NCBI GenBank assembly: GCA_945900015.1
Contig: CAMDJC010000004.1
Location: 8,679-72,678 of the forward strand
Length of the DNA: 64,000 nucleotides
Source: an uncultured Odoribacter sp.
Lineage (GTDB): Bacteria; Bacteroidota; Bacteroidia; Bacteroidales; Marinifilaceae
Reading direction: 5' to 3'
The position numbers and the translations under genes were made by a program. Shown piece by piece: positions 1 to 10,606 of this stretch (positions within the stretch are counted from its first letter, which is position 1; each line of letters begins with the position of its first letter). The notes under the pieces are model-generated. The model was given only the letters and a program-made list of their open reading frames with translations. It did no database searches and had not been told where the DNA came from.

Positions 1-2063
1 GCCTTCAGTAATTCTCCATTACTTACACAATCTGCATCTCCTAAAATTAGTATCTTCTGCTCTTTGTCTCCCATCTTACGAGTCAAAGCCAAAGCGGTCG
101 GATAAGATTGTTCCACTTCTCCGGCTTCCACATTCAGCACGGCTTTGTTGTCAACAAAATCAACTGTTTCCAACTCATTCCAACTGCCTTTTTCCGGACT
201 CACCAACAAAGGAGTAACCTCAAATCCCTTATCCTCTGTATATTCCAACCCAACAGCATTCGGCATAGCTATTCCATAGCCATACAAATGCAACTGATTA
301 AACCAGTAATTAAGTTTTTTAGCCTCCTCTGTCGGAGTAGCCAATATCAAATCCGCATCATACTCCGGAGTCGGATGAACCAGGCATCCCGGCATAAAAC
401 GCACACCCATCGAGGCCACAAGCGGATTCATCACCTCCTGACGTTTTGGTTCTCCTATAATCACCAGATTGCCTCCACGTGCAACATACTCGTCAAAATG
501 CTGTTGTTCCTGCTCATTCAGTGCCTCTTTCATTTCTGCTACTACCAAAATATTGATATCTTCCGGAATTCCTTTATCCAATGTCACCTCAGTAAAATCA
601 AAACCCTGATTGATCAAGGCATAGCGAAAATTATTAGCATGCGTAAACATACTGTAAGAACGTTCTCCAACATTGTCTACAGCACGTTCTTCGTGCCCCT
701 GCAGGAATCCCACTTTTGGAAGATCCATCACCAAACGTTTCAATGCCGCTGAAATTTCAGCTTCCGTTGGGAAAATCATATTATCATCAAAAATACGCAA
801 AAAAGTCTTCTTACCATTATATTCCAATTCACGCACCACCCGGTTGTGTTCACCTGACAAATCAATCTTAGCCTTTATCTGCTCCGGGGTCAAAAACAAT
901 TTCGGATTCAGGTCATTGATTTTCATCATCTTCTTCGCCTGTTGTTCCATAGTCAGATTGCCTTCTTCATGGTATGCCGGCACACTTGGAGTATCATAAT
1001 AATACACATATTCCATCTCCATATCCGGCTTAAAACGCACATACTGTTCGAAAAGCTTCAGATCCTCATTTACACGAGCCGGCAAACCAATCCAGAAATA
1101 CTTGTCCAACAAATTGACATAGGTTGTCATCTTAAGCTTACCATCCATCTGTCCGATAATCTTCTGGCTGTTAGGGGTCAATGTATTCTGATCTGTCGTG
1201 GTCGCATCATAATAACTTCTAAAAGCCGGACGGGAAGTAACATATCCGATTAGCAACGCGATTGCCCAAATACCTAAATACTTACCCCATGTAACCGTCC
1301 ATTTGCTCTTCTGTCTTCTGGATTGCAGACGAATAATCGCCATTGCCAAGAACAGAGCTATCACCAAAAAGAAATAAATGATATTGGCACTGCAAATCAT
1401 TCCAAATAAAAACTCCTGCGAACGTCCCGGCATCGCCAACCAATAAGTCAGGTCGCGTACAAATTCAACATCCTGCCACCAGCCTTGTACATAAGTCAAT
1501 AACGATAAGACCGCCAATGTACCGACCGCAGCCACCACCTGATAAGAAGTCAAACTTGACATCAACAAGCCTATCGCCGCATAGGCACAAATCAAGAGAT
1601 AAATACCCAACAGACCGGTAAACACCTGAGAATAATCAAAATCCTTGATAATAAAAGCTCCAACGAGGACATAAAGCAAGAGAATCCCCACCAATACAAG
1701 GGCATAAACCACCATCGAAAGATATTTTCCCAAGATAATCTGCACATTTGTTACCGGAGAAGAATACAACAACTTGATAGAACCGCTTCCCAATTCACGG
1801 CTCATCAAATTCATCGTCAATAATGGAATATACAAATAAAGATATCCCTGCACAATGGTCAGCACCCCCTCCCAACCACCGAAAAATCTGGATGTTGCAT
1901 TTGTGGCTCCATATCCCATTTCTTTACTCTTCATCACACCATCGATAAGACCGGCAAAATCTATCCCTGTCTGAAAAGTGTACAAAATCAAAATCAACCA
2001 GGCAATAGGCGAAAAGAAAAGCGATTGCAATTCCGCTTTTGCAATTTTATAAATAATCTTCAT
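1..2063 (-). CDS. ABC-2 type permease fused to GldG-like periplasmic domain (runs off left edge)
   Basis: Absent from the ORF track because it has no stop in the window. Manual translation from ATG at 2063 gives MKIIYKIAKAELQSLFFSPIAW...SRELGSGSIKLLYSSP, several TM helices, then GFLQGHEER...ILGDAD, open to base 1. Confidence 0.85.
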   Translation of the reverse strand, partial: MKIIYKIAKAELQSLFFSPIAWLILILYTFQTGIDFAGLIDGVMKSKEMGYGATNATSRFFGGWEGVLTIVQGYLYLYIPLLTMNLMSRELGSGSIKLLYSSPVTNVQIILGKYLSMVVYALVLVGILLLYVLVGAFIIKDFDYSQVFTGLLGIYLLICAYAAIGLLMSSLTSYQVVAAVGTLAVLSLLTYVQGWWQDVEFVRDLTYWLAMPGRSQEFLFGMICSANIIYFFLVIALFLAMAIIRLQSRRQKSKWTVTWGKYLGIWAIALLIGYVTSRPAFRSYYDATTTDQNTLTPNSQKIIGQMDGKLKMTTYVNLLDKYFWIGLPARVNEDLKLFEQYVRFKPDMEMEYVYYYDTPSVPAYHEEGNLTMEQQAKKMMKINDLNPKLFLTPEQIKAKIDLSGEHNRVVRELEYNGKKTFLRIFDDNMIFPTEAEISAALKRLVMDLPKVGFLQGHEERAVDNVGERSYSMFTHANNFRYALINQGFDFTEVTLDKGIPEDINILVVAEMKEALNEQEQQHFDEYVARGGNLVIIGEPKRQEVMNPLVASMGVRFMPGCLVHPTPEYDADLILATPTEEAKKLNYWFNQLHLYGYGIAMPNAVGLEYTEDKGFEVTPLLVSPEKGSWNELETVDFVDNKAVLNVEAGEVEQSYPTALALTRKMGDKEQKILILGDADCVSNGELLK

Positions 2064-2086
2064 GATAATCTGTATAGAATAATTCG

Positions 2087-3007
2087 TTATTTCCTTGACA
2101 ACTCTGCAAAAATATCGTTCATAGAACTCTTTTCCTGTCTCAACTCAGTCAATCCCCAACTTCTGGCGGCACTGGCTTCAACAAGTCGTTCTGTCACCTC
2201 CTGAAAATCCTTATATTTAATCCGATAATCCGGTCCACCCAACTCCTCGACATCCAACACTCCCGACACTCTCTTCAAATCTTCGACAGCAGGCATGGCC
2301 ATCAACGAAACAAACAAAGAATCCGGCACAATATAATTGTCAAACTCCTCCACCGTTCCAGCAAACACCAACCGTCCTTGCTCAATCATTCGGATATGGT
2401 CGCAAACAGCCTGCACCTCTGAAAGGATATGAGTAGAAACAAGCACCGTATGCTCTTCTGCAATCTCCTTTATCAAATGGCGGACATCCAAAATCTGATT
2501 CGGATCAAGTCCATTGGTCGGCTCGTCCAACACAACGAAATCCGGATTGTGTATAATTGCCTGGGCTATGCCGACTCTCTGTTGGTATCCTCCGGAAAGA
2601 TTCCGAAGCAGACGCTTGCTGAAATGACTGATACCGCAACGTTCCAGCACTTTCTTTACAGCTTTGGAAATTTCCCGATCCGGGATATAACGCAAGCCGG
2701 CACAATATTCCAGATATTCTGTCACCGTCAAATCCATGTGCAATGGTGGATTCTGCGGCAGAAAGCCGATATGCCGTTTCGCCTCCACCGGATTTTTGCT
2801 CATGCTGATTCCTTTGATATAAACATCTCCTTCCGACTGCCGTAACACACCACACATAATGTTCATCGTTGTGGATTTCCCGGCTCCGTTGGAGCCGAGT
2901 AATCCATATATTCCATGTTTTGGAACTTCAAAATTTATGTCCCGAATAGCCCACTGCACACTATAACGATGCGAAAGGTGGTCTACTTTTACTATTGTCT
3001 CTTCCAT
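2087..3007 (-). CDS. ABC transporter ATP-binding protein (GldA/CcmA-like)
   Basis: Walker A GSNGAGKST, signature LSGGYQQR, Walker B VVLDEPT, H-loop STH. Confidence 0.92.
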   Translation of the reverse strand: MEETIVKVDHLSHRYSVQWAIRDINFEVPKHGIYGLLGSNGAGKSTTMNIMCGVLRQSEGDVYIKGISMSKNPVEAKRHIGFLPQNPPLHMDLTVTEYLEYCAGLRYIPDREISKAVKKVLERCGISHFSKRLLRNLSGGYQQRVGIAQAIIHNPDFVVLDEPTNGLDPNQILDVRHLIKEIAEEHTVLVSTHILSEVQAVCDHIRMIEQGRLVFAGTVEEFDNYIVPDSLFVSLMAMPAVEDLKRVSGVLDVEELGGPDYRIKYKDFQEVTERLVEASAARSWGLTELRQEKSSMNDIFAELSRK

Positions 3008-3052
3008 TGATAAATTCTTTTTTATAATACTTCACCCATTCAAACCCAATTA

Positions 3053-4735
3053 TCAATACCAATCATGACTACTTGTATGCCATCCAATTTGCTTGATTGA
3101 AGCAACTTTACCACCGACATTTTTCTCAAGTAACAACACAGGAGAATTGATATTCTTGATATCATAAGCCAAAATCGTTCCATCTTCACACCCCACCCAC
3201 AATTGATCCATATCAAAAAAAGCATAGGCTAGAGAAGTAATTTTAGAAGGGAAAGTCGCATTAAATTTCACAAATCTTTTGGATTGGTCCGACCAGACAG
3301 TCGAACGTTGAATAAAATACAACTCATCACCGACAGAATAAAAATCACGGTATTTTGCAGCATCTGCAATCGGTTGTGTTCTTGAATCACGACCATTACC
3401 ACTAGTTAAAATCACAGAAGAAGCATCCAATTTGACCGGCATAAGATAAAAACGTTCCATTCCGACATATTTAAACGAAGCAGTACGATTTTCAAATCCA
3501 AAATCTCCCGCTAAAGTTCCTCCATAAGCAGGGTCATTATAATACACCGTAAATAATACTGTCGTTCCTGTAAATCCGAAGCTAATGTGATTTTTTTGGC
3601 TGATATGAAGCACCTCTGTACCCTCCGGAAAGCCGTCTACCGGCACACTACGGCTATCTTTCAAAGGAATCACTCTGGTTTTATATACAGAGGTTTTATT
3701 ATATTCTTCCTCTCCCACATCCTCTCTCCATGTTGTAGCCATTACAATCCGACGATTTTTTTCATCATAACAAGGAATGATTCCGGCATAAGTAGAGTGA
3801 CCTAATTTTGTAATCTTATATCCCTTGGCATCGATGTAATATGGTTCAGTCAAATACTTACCCACTAAATAATTAGCCGATCTCATTCGGGTAAATAAAC
3901 GTCCATCTTTTGTCACAATAAATGATGCAGCTCCTTCTCCAAAATCCGGACTACCGGGAGCTTTCTCCTTCATAGCCAAAATATTAAAATCTGCTGGTGT
4001 TCCATCCAAAAACTGATCTTTTACTTCACTCACCTTCTTCATGTCCTGTACATTCACCTCATAGGCAACTTGGTCTGTCAGTATCACACAAGCACCACTT
4101 GCACTGACATCACGGGAAGTTTCCATCACTAAATCCAATGGCTGTCCCGGCACATCATGCCCGTTGATGGTTTTATAAGCATCCTCTTTCAAAATATAAT
4201 TGGTAGTAACCTTACCGTTTTCTGAAACAGAACGCGGGCTGATTACAGACACCTTAGCCTTCCCACTATTTTCCGACAAAATAAACCAATCATCCGGAGC
4301 AAACGGAGGATAAAAATAAACTAATAAACGAGCAGGAAAAGTAACCCCAGTCTTTTTCTCTATCACATTAAAAGTTCCCCATTCTCCCTTGTCATTACTA
4401 TAACGGGTCAGACCAATTTTCTTTACAATCTCATCCGTCGGCATATCAAAATCCAACTCCTCACTAATTACCACATCTCCAATTTTCCATTCATAACGCA
4501 CCTCTTCCGCACGTATCACCGAATCCGCTTCCCAAGTAAACATCTTGCTACCCCTGAACTTCATTACCTCTCCTTCTCCGGCATAACCATAGATATACTT
4601 GGGAGCACTTTCATTAAATGCCTCCACCCATAAAGGAGGATTTAACTCCTCATACGAATAGTTTCCTTCGTCCTCAAAACACCCGGTCAACAGACCAAAT
4701 AAAAATAATAGAATATATAATCTTATCGATTTCAT
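3053..4735 (-). CDS. PKD-like family lipoprotein of a SusC/D cassette
   Basis: Lipobox LLTGC-FEDEGNYSY, YEW..G N-terminal PKD-like segment, beta-rich C-terminus, position after DUF4843. Confidence 0.7.
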   Translation of the reverse strand: MKSIRLYILLFLFGLLTGCFEDEGNYSYEELNPPLWVEAFNESAPKYIYGYAGEGEVMKFRGSKMFTWEADSVIRAEEVRYEWKIGDVVISEELDFDMPTDEIVKKIGLTRYSNDKGEWGTFNVIEKKTGVTFPARLLVYFYPPFAPDDWFILSENSGKAKVSVISPRSVSENGKVTTNYILKEDAYKTINGHDVPGQPLDLVMETSRDVSASGACVILTDQVAYEVNVQDMKKVSEVKDQFLDGTPADFNILAMKEKAPGSPDFGEGAASFIVTKDGRLFTRMRSANYLVGKYLTEPYYIDAKGYKITKLGHSTYAGIIPCYDEKNRRIVMATTWREDVGEEEYNKTSVYKTRVIPLKDSRSVPVDGFPEGTEVLHISQKNHISFGFTGTTVLFTVYYNDPAYGGTLAGDFGFENRTASFKYVGMERFYLMPVKLDASSVILTSGNGRDSRTQPIADAAKYRDFYSVGDELYFIQRSTVWSDQSKRFVKFNATFPSKITSLAYAFFDMDQLWVGCEDGTILAYDIKNINSPVLLLEKNVGGKVASIKQIGWHTSSHDWY

Positions 4736-4753
4736 AACTTTTCACATTTTAAA

Positions 4754-5500
4754 TTAAACTTCCACAGACATCCAGCTACCATCCTCATCCTGCATCGGAT
4801 TTTCTGCCAACCACTGCTTGAACAATTTTACCAATTTAATTGCCTCATCCGGAGCCTCTTTAATCATTTTGCCATCCAAATCATAAGCACCCGGCACATT
4901 CTCCAAAAAAGTCTTATACTTTAAAGACGAATAAGGTCCCATCAAACCAGCAGCAACTTCAGGAGTCCACCATTCCGGTTTTACAGCATCTCTTGTCAAG
5001 TGAATCACCGCCCTTGAACGTTCGTACTGTCCCACTTGCAATTCTTCAGTAGGCACAATTTCAACCACCAGACGGACACCTTCCTGCAACTCATCCAAAC
5101 GAGCACTGCGATTCATCCGGATTTGTATCGTATCCAAAATCAAGGACGCTCCTTCCGGTATCGGGCGTGCCCGAAAAGTATAGGTATCTTCCAGAACATA
5201 TTCATCCGAATTTGCTGTTGTCATATCGTCCACCACTCTCAATCCAAAATGCAAATCTCTTGTCAAAGGACGTCCTGCCAAAGCGATGACGATATCAGCC
5301 ATCACATGATCGTCCGTCGGCTTGGCAAAAAAGAATGTCACATCCGTCGAATCCGCTTTGGCCGTTCCAGGAGCTGCCTCGTCCATAAAATATTTATAAA
5401 AATAGACTTCATGACGTTCTCCAAAAGGCTCAATATCCTGTTTGGAACATGCTCCAAATAACATCACCCCTATTATTGCAAATAATATATACACTTTCAT
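4754..5500 (-). CDS. DUF4843-like lipoprotein
   Basis: Likely start MKVYIL at 5500; lipobox LFGAC; KPEWW...MGPYSSLKY C-terminal motif; directly downstream of susD. Confidence 0.72.
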   Translation of the reverse strand: MKVYILFAIIGVMLFGACSKQDIEPFGERHEVYFYKYFMDEAAPGTAKADSTDVTFFFAKPTDDHVMADIVIALAGRPLTRDLHFGLRVVDDMTTANSDEYVLEDTYTFRARPIPEGASLILDTIQIRMNRSARLDELQEGVRLVVEIVPTEELQVGQYERSRAVIHLTRDAVKPEWWTPEVAAGLMGPYSSLKYKTFLENVPGAYDLDGKMIKEAPDEAIKLVKLFKQWLAENPMQDEDGSWMSVEV

Positions 5501-5519
5501 ATTTTCTGATTTTAATAGA

Positions 5520-7145
5520 TTACATATTCTGATCATCCGGTATCGGCAGCATGTACTCTGATTTATTCAATTCACGCACTTCATCTGATTTAAAATAAAT
5601 CTTTGCTCCCAACCGCTTGTATAAATAAAATAACTGTCCTTCAGAAATCCATTCACGCTGGGCATCACGAATCATATCCCTTTGAAATATCTCAAAATCC
5701 CGAGCAACCTTCAGTTCCTCCATTGTTTTCCATTCACCCTCAACTTCGGCATATTCAGAACGTTTTTGTCTGATATCATTCAAAATTCTATAAGCTTCGT
5801 CAAACTGATTTTTCCGGGCATAACATTCTGCCATGATATAACGCATCTCCGTAGCTCGAATCACAGGAAGAATACGTACATTTTTTTTACGGATTTCAGT
5901 ATTGTCACTGCAATACCATTTTGCGGAAAATTTATAATTTCCCCAAATATTATTATCTTCTGGTTTAAACAATAAATATTTGGAACGAATATCCATTTGC
6001 GATTCATCAATCTGTCCATCCGGGCTTTGGAACATCTTCTGGTTATCCAAATCAAGCATCAGCCAATTTCCCTGGTTCATACCCTCTGACTTTTTTCTAA
6101 AAAAGCTCCCCAAGTTATAATTATTATATGCTTCCTCATTATACACAGCAAAAATCAAATTGGATATACATTTTAAATCCGCCTTATTTTCAAAATCATC
6201 GCCGGACACACCTCCAAACTCATCCTTGGAAAACATATCATAAGAAACGCCCTGTGTTCCGATAGCCTTAAACTTCAACACTGTATCAGCCATTTGGAAA
6301 GCCTCATCGTACATACCTGCATACTGATATGCTCTGGCCAACAAAGCAGTAATGGCATAATAGCTCAAACGAAATCCTCGTCCTTGATAAAAACCATCCA
6401 CATCATCCGGAGATTGATAATTTTCCATTCCATACTCCAATACTCCATTGAAACGAGCCTGTCCGGATGCGCTCAAACTCATTCCCAAAGCCGTTGTATC
6501 AAAGTCAATCGTCAGTTCGCGAGCCTTCTTAAAATCCCGAATAACCTTTTCCATAAAAGGTTTCACTGCAATACCGTTAGGCTGGATATTAGGATAATCT
6601 TCTACATAGGGAACACGCTGGGTTCCATCATCATGAATCAATGCCGGAGCAAACAAACGCAACAAATCAAAATGCATCAAAGCCCGGCAAGCGTACGCCT
6701 CTCCCAATATCATCTTACGCTCCATCTCGCCACCTTCAAAAATATCAGCAGAAGCTCCTTCCAAATTTTGTATCAAATTATTGGCATTAGCCACCACATT
6801 GAAACCATCCTTCCAGATAGCATCAATAGTCGGTCGCAAAGCGGTATTTTGATAATCAAACTCCCGAGCAATTTTATACATATTGACACCCTCATCGTTA
6901 TATTTCCAATCCCAAGTATATTGCCTGGAAATACAATCCACTAACCCAAATTGCAATTCTACCCCATACAGATTCTTTGATGCCATCGCCTCATAAACAC
7001 CCGCCAACACAGAGCGATATCCATCTCCGGAAGTAAACAATTCATCACTCGTAGCCTGACCTTCCGGTTGCAAATCCAACCAATCCTTGCAAGCACTCAA
7101 TGACAGCAAGGAAAATAAAAGCACGATTTGTAGATATATCTTCAT
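5520..7145 (-). CDS. susD: RagB/SusD family lipoprotein
   Basis: Lipobox LSAC-KDWLDLQP, GEAYACRALMHFDLLRLF, IRATEMRYIMAE, EWISEGQLFYLYKR. Confidence 0.92.
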   Translation of the reverse strand: MKIYLQIVLLFSLLSLSACKDWLDLQPEGQATSDELFTSGDGYRSVLAGVYEAMASKNLYGVELQFGLVDCISRQYTWDWKYNDEGVNMYKIAREFDYQNTALRPTIDAIWKDGFNVVANANNLIQNLEGASADIFEGGEMERKMILGEAYACRALMHFDLLRLFAPALIHDDGTQRVPYVEDYPNIQPNGIAVKPFMEKVIRDFKKARELTIDFDTTALGMSLSASGQARFNGVLEYGMENYQSPDDVDGFYQGRGFRLSYYAITALLARAYQYAGMYDEAFQMADTVLKFKAIGTQGVSYDMFSKDEFGGVSGDDFENKADLKCISNLIFAVYNEEAYNNYNLGSFFRKKSEGMNQGNWLMLDLDNQKMFQSPDGQIDESQMDIRSKYLLFKPEDNNIWGNYKFSAKWYCSDNTEIRKKNVRILPVIRATEMRYIMAECYARKNQFDEAYRILNDIRQKRSEYAEVEGEWKTMEELKVARDFEIFQRDMIRDAQREWISEGQLFYLYKRLGAKIYFKSDEVRELNKSEYMLPIPDDQNM

Positions 7146-7163
7146 ATTCAAAATATTTTATTG

Positions 7164-10100
7164 TTAGAATCCTAAGGACAATGTAAAGCTATAATTTTTC
7201 GCATACGGATAACTTGTTCCCCGTTCTTGTCTAATGGACGACCATCTGCAAACGTCATTCATATTAAAGCGCAAACCTAAAGAAGTCAATCTGATTTTAC
7301 GAATCAAATCACGATTAAAGTCATATCCACATGAGATGCTACTAAATGAAAGATAATTATTATCCTGTACAAAACGGGATGTAGGCTGAGTCTTTTGCTT
7401 ATTCTTCAAATCAAAGAAAGGAGCAACATCACCCGGTTTCACCCAACGTTGGGTCAATACACGGCGGTCTACATTACCTCCATCTATATCTGCCTCTTCC
7501 ACCTTGTTTTTTACTGTTTCATTATAATCTTGAGCACCCCATTGATACAAGAAAGTGGTATTCACATAAAAACCTTTCCAAGCGACATTAATACCGAATG
7601 AGCCTTGCGCATCCGGACTCTTATCTCCCACAACTACCTCATCTGCTGCATTCCATACATACGTACTCTGACCGTTTCTTTTACGGAACAATTCCTTACC
7701 ATTAGAGGGATCGATACCATAAGAAGGCACAGCATAAATGGCTGTTGTCGATGCTCCTACATAATATTGTGTCAAAGGAATATAGAGCAAATCCGAATAT
7801 TCGCCACCTTGTCCTTGGTTGTTTCCGTTATGGAAATCCTGAATATTCTGGTTGTATCTTTCCGCTTCCTGACCCAATTTAGTAATCTTGTTCTTATTAG
7901 AAGCCAAAGTTGCATTTACAGCAACCGTCCAGTCATCATTTTGGAAAACAGTAGCATTCAACTTGATTTCATAACCTTTATTCAAAATTGAACCGGCATT
8001 CGTATAATAACTGGAGAATCCTGATGATGTACGGATAGTCAATTGTTCCAACTGATTCTTGGTTTCCTTACGGTAATAGTTTCCTTCAATTACAAAACGG
8101 TCACGGAACAATCCCAAATGCACACCAACATCCAATGTATGGGTTTTCTCCCAAGTCAACCTTGTATTACCCAAAGCTATCAAAGTATTTGACGGAGTAT
8201 TATAATACCATTTATCAGATGTTTCATACGTAGAGATAGCTGCATAAGCCGGGAAATTCACATTACCGGTAACACCATATGTTCCACGGATACGTAACAA
8301 ACTGATTAACCAATTGTCCTTTAACCATGAATAGTTATGGAAGTTAATACCGGCCCCTACCGACCAGAAAGGAGCAAAACGTTTGTCTTTACCGAATTTT
8401 GAAGAACCATCCAAACGGAAAGAAGCATCCAACAAATAAACATTGTTGTAAGAATAGTTCAGTGAAGCCAACACACCGAACAAACGGCTTTTATCAGAAG
8501 AAACCGTAGCCTTGCGGGTCTGTTCTGCAGCATAGGTCGGTGAATTCAAATTACTCAATTGGAATCCTCTATAATCCAAAGCCGTTGTCTTACTATGAGA
8601 TTCCTGCACGTTCAAACCGGCAGTAGCATTGATAAAATGTTTGTCAATACCTTTATTGAAATAAAACATAGCATTGGTATTCCACGTAAATGATTTATCC
8701 GAAGACGTTGTCAACGATCCTCTTTCACGTGTCGGACTACTCTTGAAACTCGGATCTTTCGGATCGGTAAAACTCTTGGTTTCAGAATCCGTTCTGGTCA
8801 CAGAAAGCTGTCCCTTAAACGAGAAGTTGTCTGTGAAATAGATATTAATGCTAAAATTATTTGTTAGGTCATTTAATCTGGAACGTCCCGAAAAACTACC
8901 TAATTTTTCCGCTTTATAAAGAGGATTGGTTGTCTTACCATCCTTCAATGTTTCCAATAATTCTCCGTCATTTGAATAAGGAGCCCAATAGGGCTGCAAC
9001 TTGGCATAAGTCTCGAAATTTCCATAAGGAGAATCCTGTGATTTTGTCACATTAAAAGAGATAGAATTCATCACCTGCAACCAAGACTTATTACGATAAT
9101 CCAAATTTAAACCTACACCAATATTATCACGATAAGAATCAATCATAGCACCATTGTGTGTAGCATAATTCAAATCCAAGCTGTATCGAATACTTTCCAC
9201 ACCTCCGGAAATATTCATACTATGCGAATGGTTGAATACATTATGCAAGGGTTGTGCCAACCAATCCGTTTCAACACCCCTACGAACCTCATTCACCAAA
9301 TCATTATAAGCAATATCTTTTTCTAATTGAGAACCAGGATCTCCACTTTCTGCTATATATTTACCAGACAAACGTTCTACTTCAACTTTTTCCCAAGCAT
9401 CACACAAGTTATAATCAGACAAATCCGGCAGTTCAACCCCCGCATTAAAATTGTACATCACCCGCAATTCTCCAGGCTTAGGCGCAACGGTAGTAACGAC
9501 AACCACTCCATTCGCAGCACGGGAGCCATATAAAGCCGTCGCAGCAGCATCCTTCAATATAGTCATACTTTCAATCCGATTGATATCCATATCATACACT
9601 TTCTGCACAGACACCTCAAAACCATCCATTATAAAAATAGGCAAGTTAGGATTATCTTTCAGAGAAGTTCTCTGAGAACGTCTTGCTTTCTCCATTTCCA
9701 GACCACGGTTCATACCAATACTACCTTCTCCACGAATCGTAAACTCTGGCAAAGAGTTCGGGTCTGAACCAAACAATTTATTTTCCTTGATACGGAATGA
9801 AGGGTCAAATGCCTGCAAAGCAGCAATCACATTCTTGTTGTTTGTCTTCAACAACTGGTCTTTATTGACAGTAGTGGCATTACCGGTAAAACTTTCTTTT
9901 TTCAACATGGTATATCCCGTTACAACCACCTCTTCCAACTCCTCTTTAGCACTTTTCATCACTACATAAAACTCTTTCTGAGCTTTATATGCCACCTCTA
10001 CCGACTCCATACCGATAAAAGAAAACACCAATGCCAAGTGAGCAGTTTCCGGCACAGTCATAGTAAACTGCCCATTGGCATCGGTCACTGCCCCCACGGT

Positions 10101-10520
10101 AGTACCCTTCACCAATATGGTTACACCCGGCAACGGCTCTTTTCTTTCATCGACAACCTTCCCTTTCAGAACTAATTCCTTTACTGTTTTTTGAGGAATT
10201 GCCGGCTTTAATACTATCACCTCATCCTGCAATACATAAGTCAAGTCAGTGTTCTTCAGGCAGGCATTCAAAATAGTCCGGATATCATCCCCTTGTACAT
10301 CCACATCCACCTTACCGATTTTATCCAAGTCTTCTTCATTATACATAAAAACAAACGAAGTCTGGCTTTCTATCGCCCAAAGCACATCCTTCAGACTGGC
10401 CTCCTTCATAGAAAGCTTAACCTGCTGCCCGTTCTGAGGGTAAACGTTTGCATGAACATGCAACATTCCCAACAGAACAAATACAAATGTCCATCTAAAC
10501 ATAAGTCGCAATTTTTTCAT
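7164..10520 (-). CDS. susC: SusC/RagA TonB-linked outer membrane transducer with N-terminal STN domain
   Basis: STN-like N-terminus, LEEVVVTGY TonB box, ILKDAAATALYGSRAANGVVVVTT plug motif, C-terminal Phe. Confidence 0.95.
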   Translation of the reverse strand: MKKLRLMFRWTFVFVLLGMLHVHANVYPQNGQQVKLSMKEASLKDVLWAIESQTSFVFMYNEEDLDKIGKVDVDVQGDDIRTILNACLKNTDLTYVLQDEVIVLKPAIPQKTVKELVLKGKVVDERKEPLPGVTILVKGTTVGAVTDANGQFTMTVPETAHLALVFSFIGMESVEVAYKAQKEFYVVMKSAKEELEEVVVTGYTMLKKESFTGNATTVNKDQLLKTNNKNVIAALQAFDPSFRIKENKLFGSDPNSLPEFTIRGEGSIGMNRGLEMEKARRSQRTSLKDNPNLPIFIMDGFEVSVQKVYDMDINRIESMTILKDAAATALYGSRAANGVVVVTTVAPKPGELRVMYNFNAGVELPDLSDYNLCDAWEKVEVERLSGKYIAESGDPGSQLEKDIAYNDLVNEVRRGVETDWLAQPLHNVFNHSHSMNISGGVESIRYSLDLNYATHNGAMIDSYRDNIGVGLNLDYRNKSWLQVMNSISFNVTKSQDSPYGNFETYAKLQPYWAPYSNDGELLETLKDGKTTNPLYKAEKLGSFSGRSRLNDLTNNFSINIYFTDNFSFKGQLSVTRTDSETKSFTDPKDPSFKSSPTRERGSLTTSSDKSFTWNTNAMFYFNKGIDKHFINATAGLNVQESHSKTTALDYRGFQLSNLNSPTYAAEQTRKATVSSDKSRLFGVLASLNYSYNNVYLLDASFRLDGSSKFGKDKRFAPFWSVGAGINFHNYSWLKDNWLISLLRIRGTYGVTGNVNFPAYAAISTYETSDKWYYNTPSNTLIALGNTRLTWEKTHTLDVGVHLGLFRDRFVIEGNYYRKETKNQLEQLTIRTSSGFSSYYTNAGSILNKGYEIKLNATVFQNDDWTVAVNATLASNKNKITKLGQEAERYNQNIQDFHNGNNQGQGGEYSDLLYIPLTQYYVGASTTAIYAVPSYGIDPSNGKELFRKRNGQSTYVWNAADEVVVGDKSPDAQGSFGINVAWKGFYVNTTFLYQWGAQDYNETVKNKVEEADIDGGNVDRRVLTQRWVKPGDVAPFFDLKNKQKTQPTSRFVQDNNYLSFSSISCGYDFNRDLIRKIRLTSLGLRFNMNDVCRWSSIRQERGTSYPYAKNYSFTLSLGF

Positions 10521-10576
10521 AAATTTGTAATTTAATTTTTATGTTGATTATTTTGACAAAGCAAAATGGTCAATCG

Positions 10577-10606
10577 GCAGGGATGCTGCAACATCCCTGC
10601 TTTTTT
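10577..10606. promoter_or_regulatory. 9-bp stem hairpin in the fecR-susC spacer
   Basis: GCAGGGATG-ctgcaa-CATCCCTGC followed by T6 on the + strand; on the sense (minus) strand it has an A-run before and no U tail. Confidence 0.6.
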
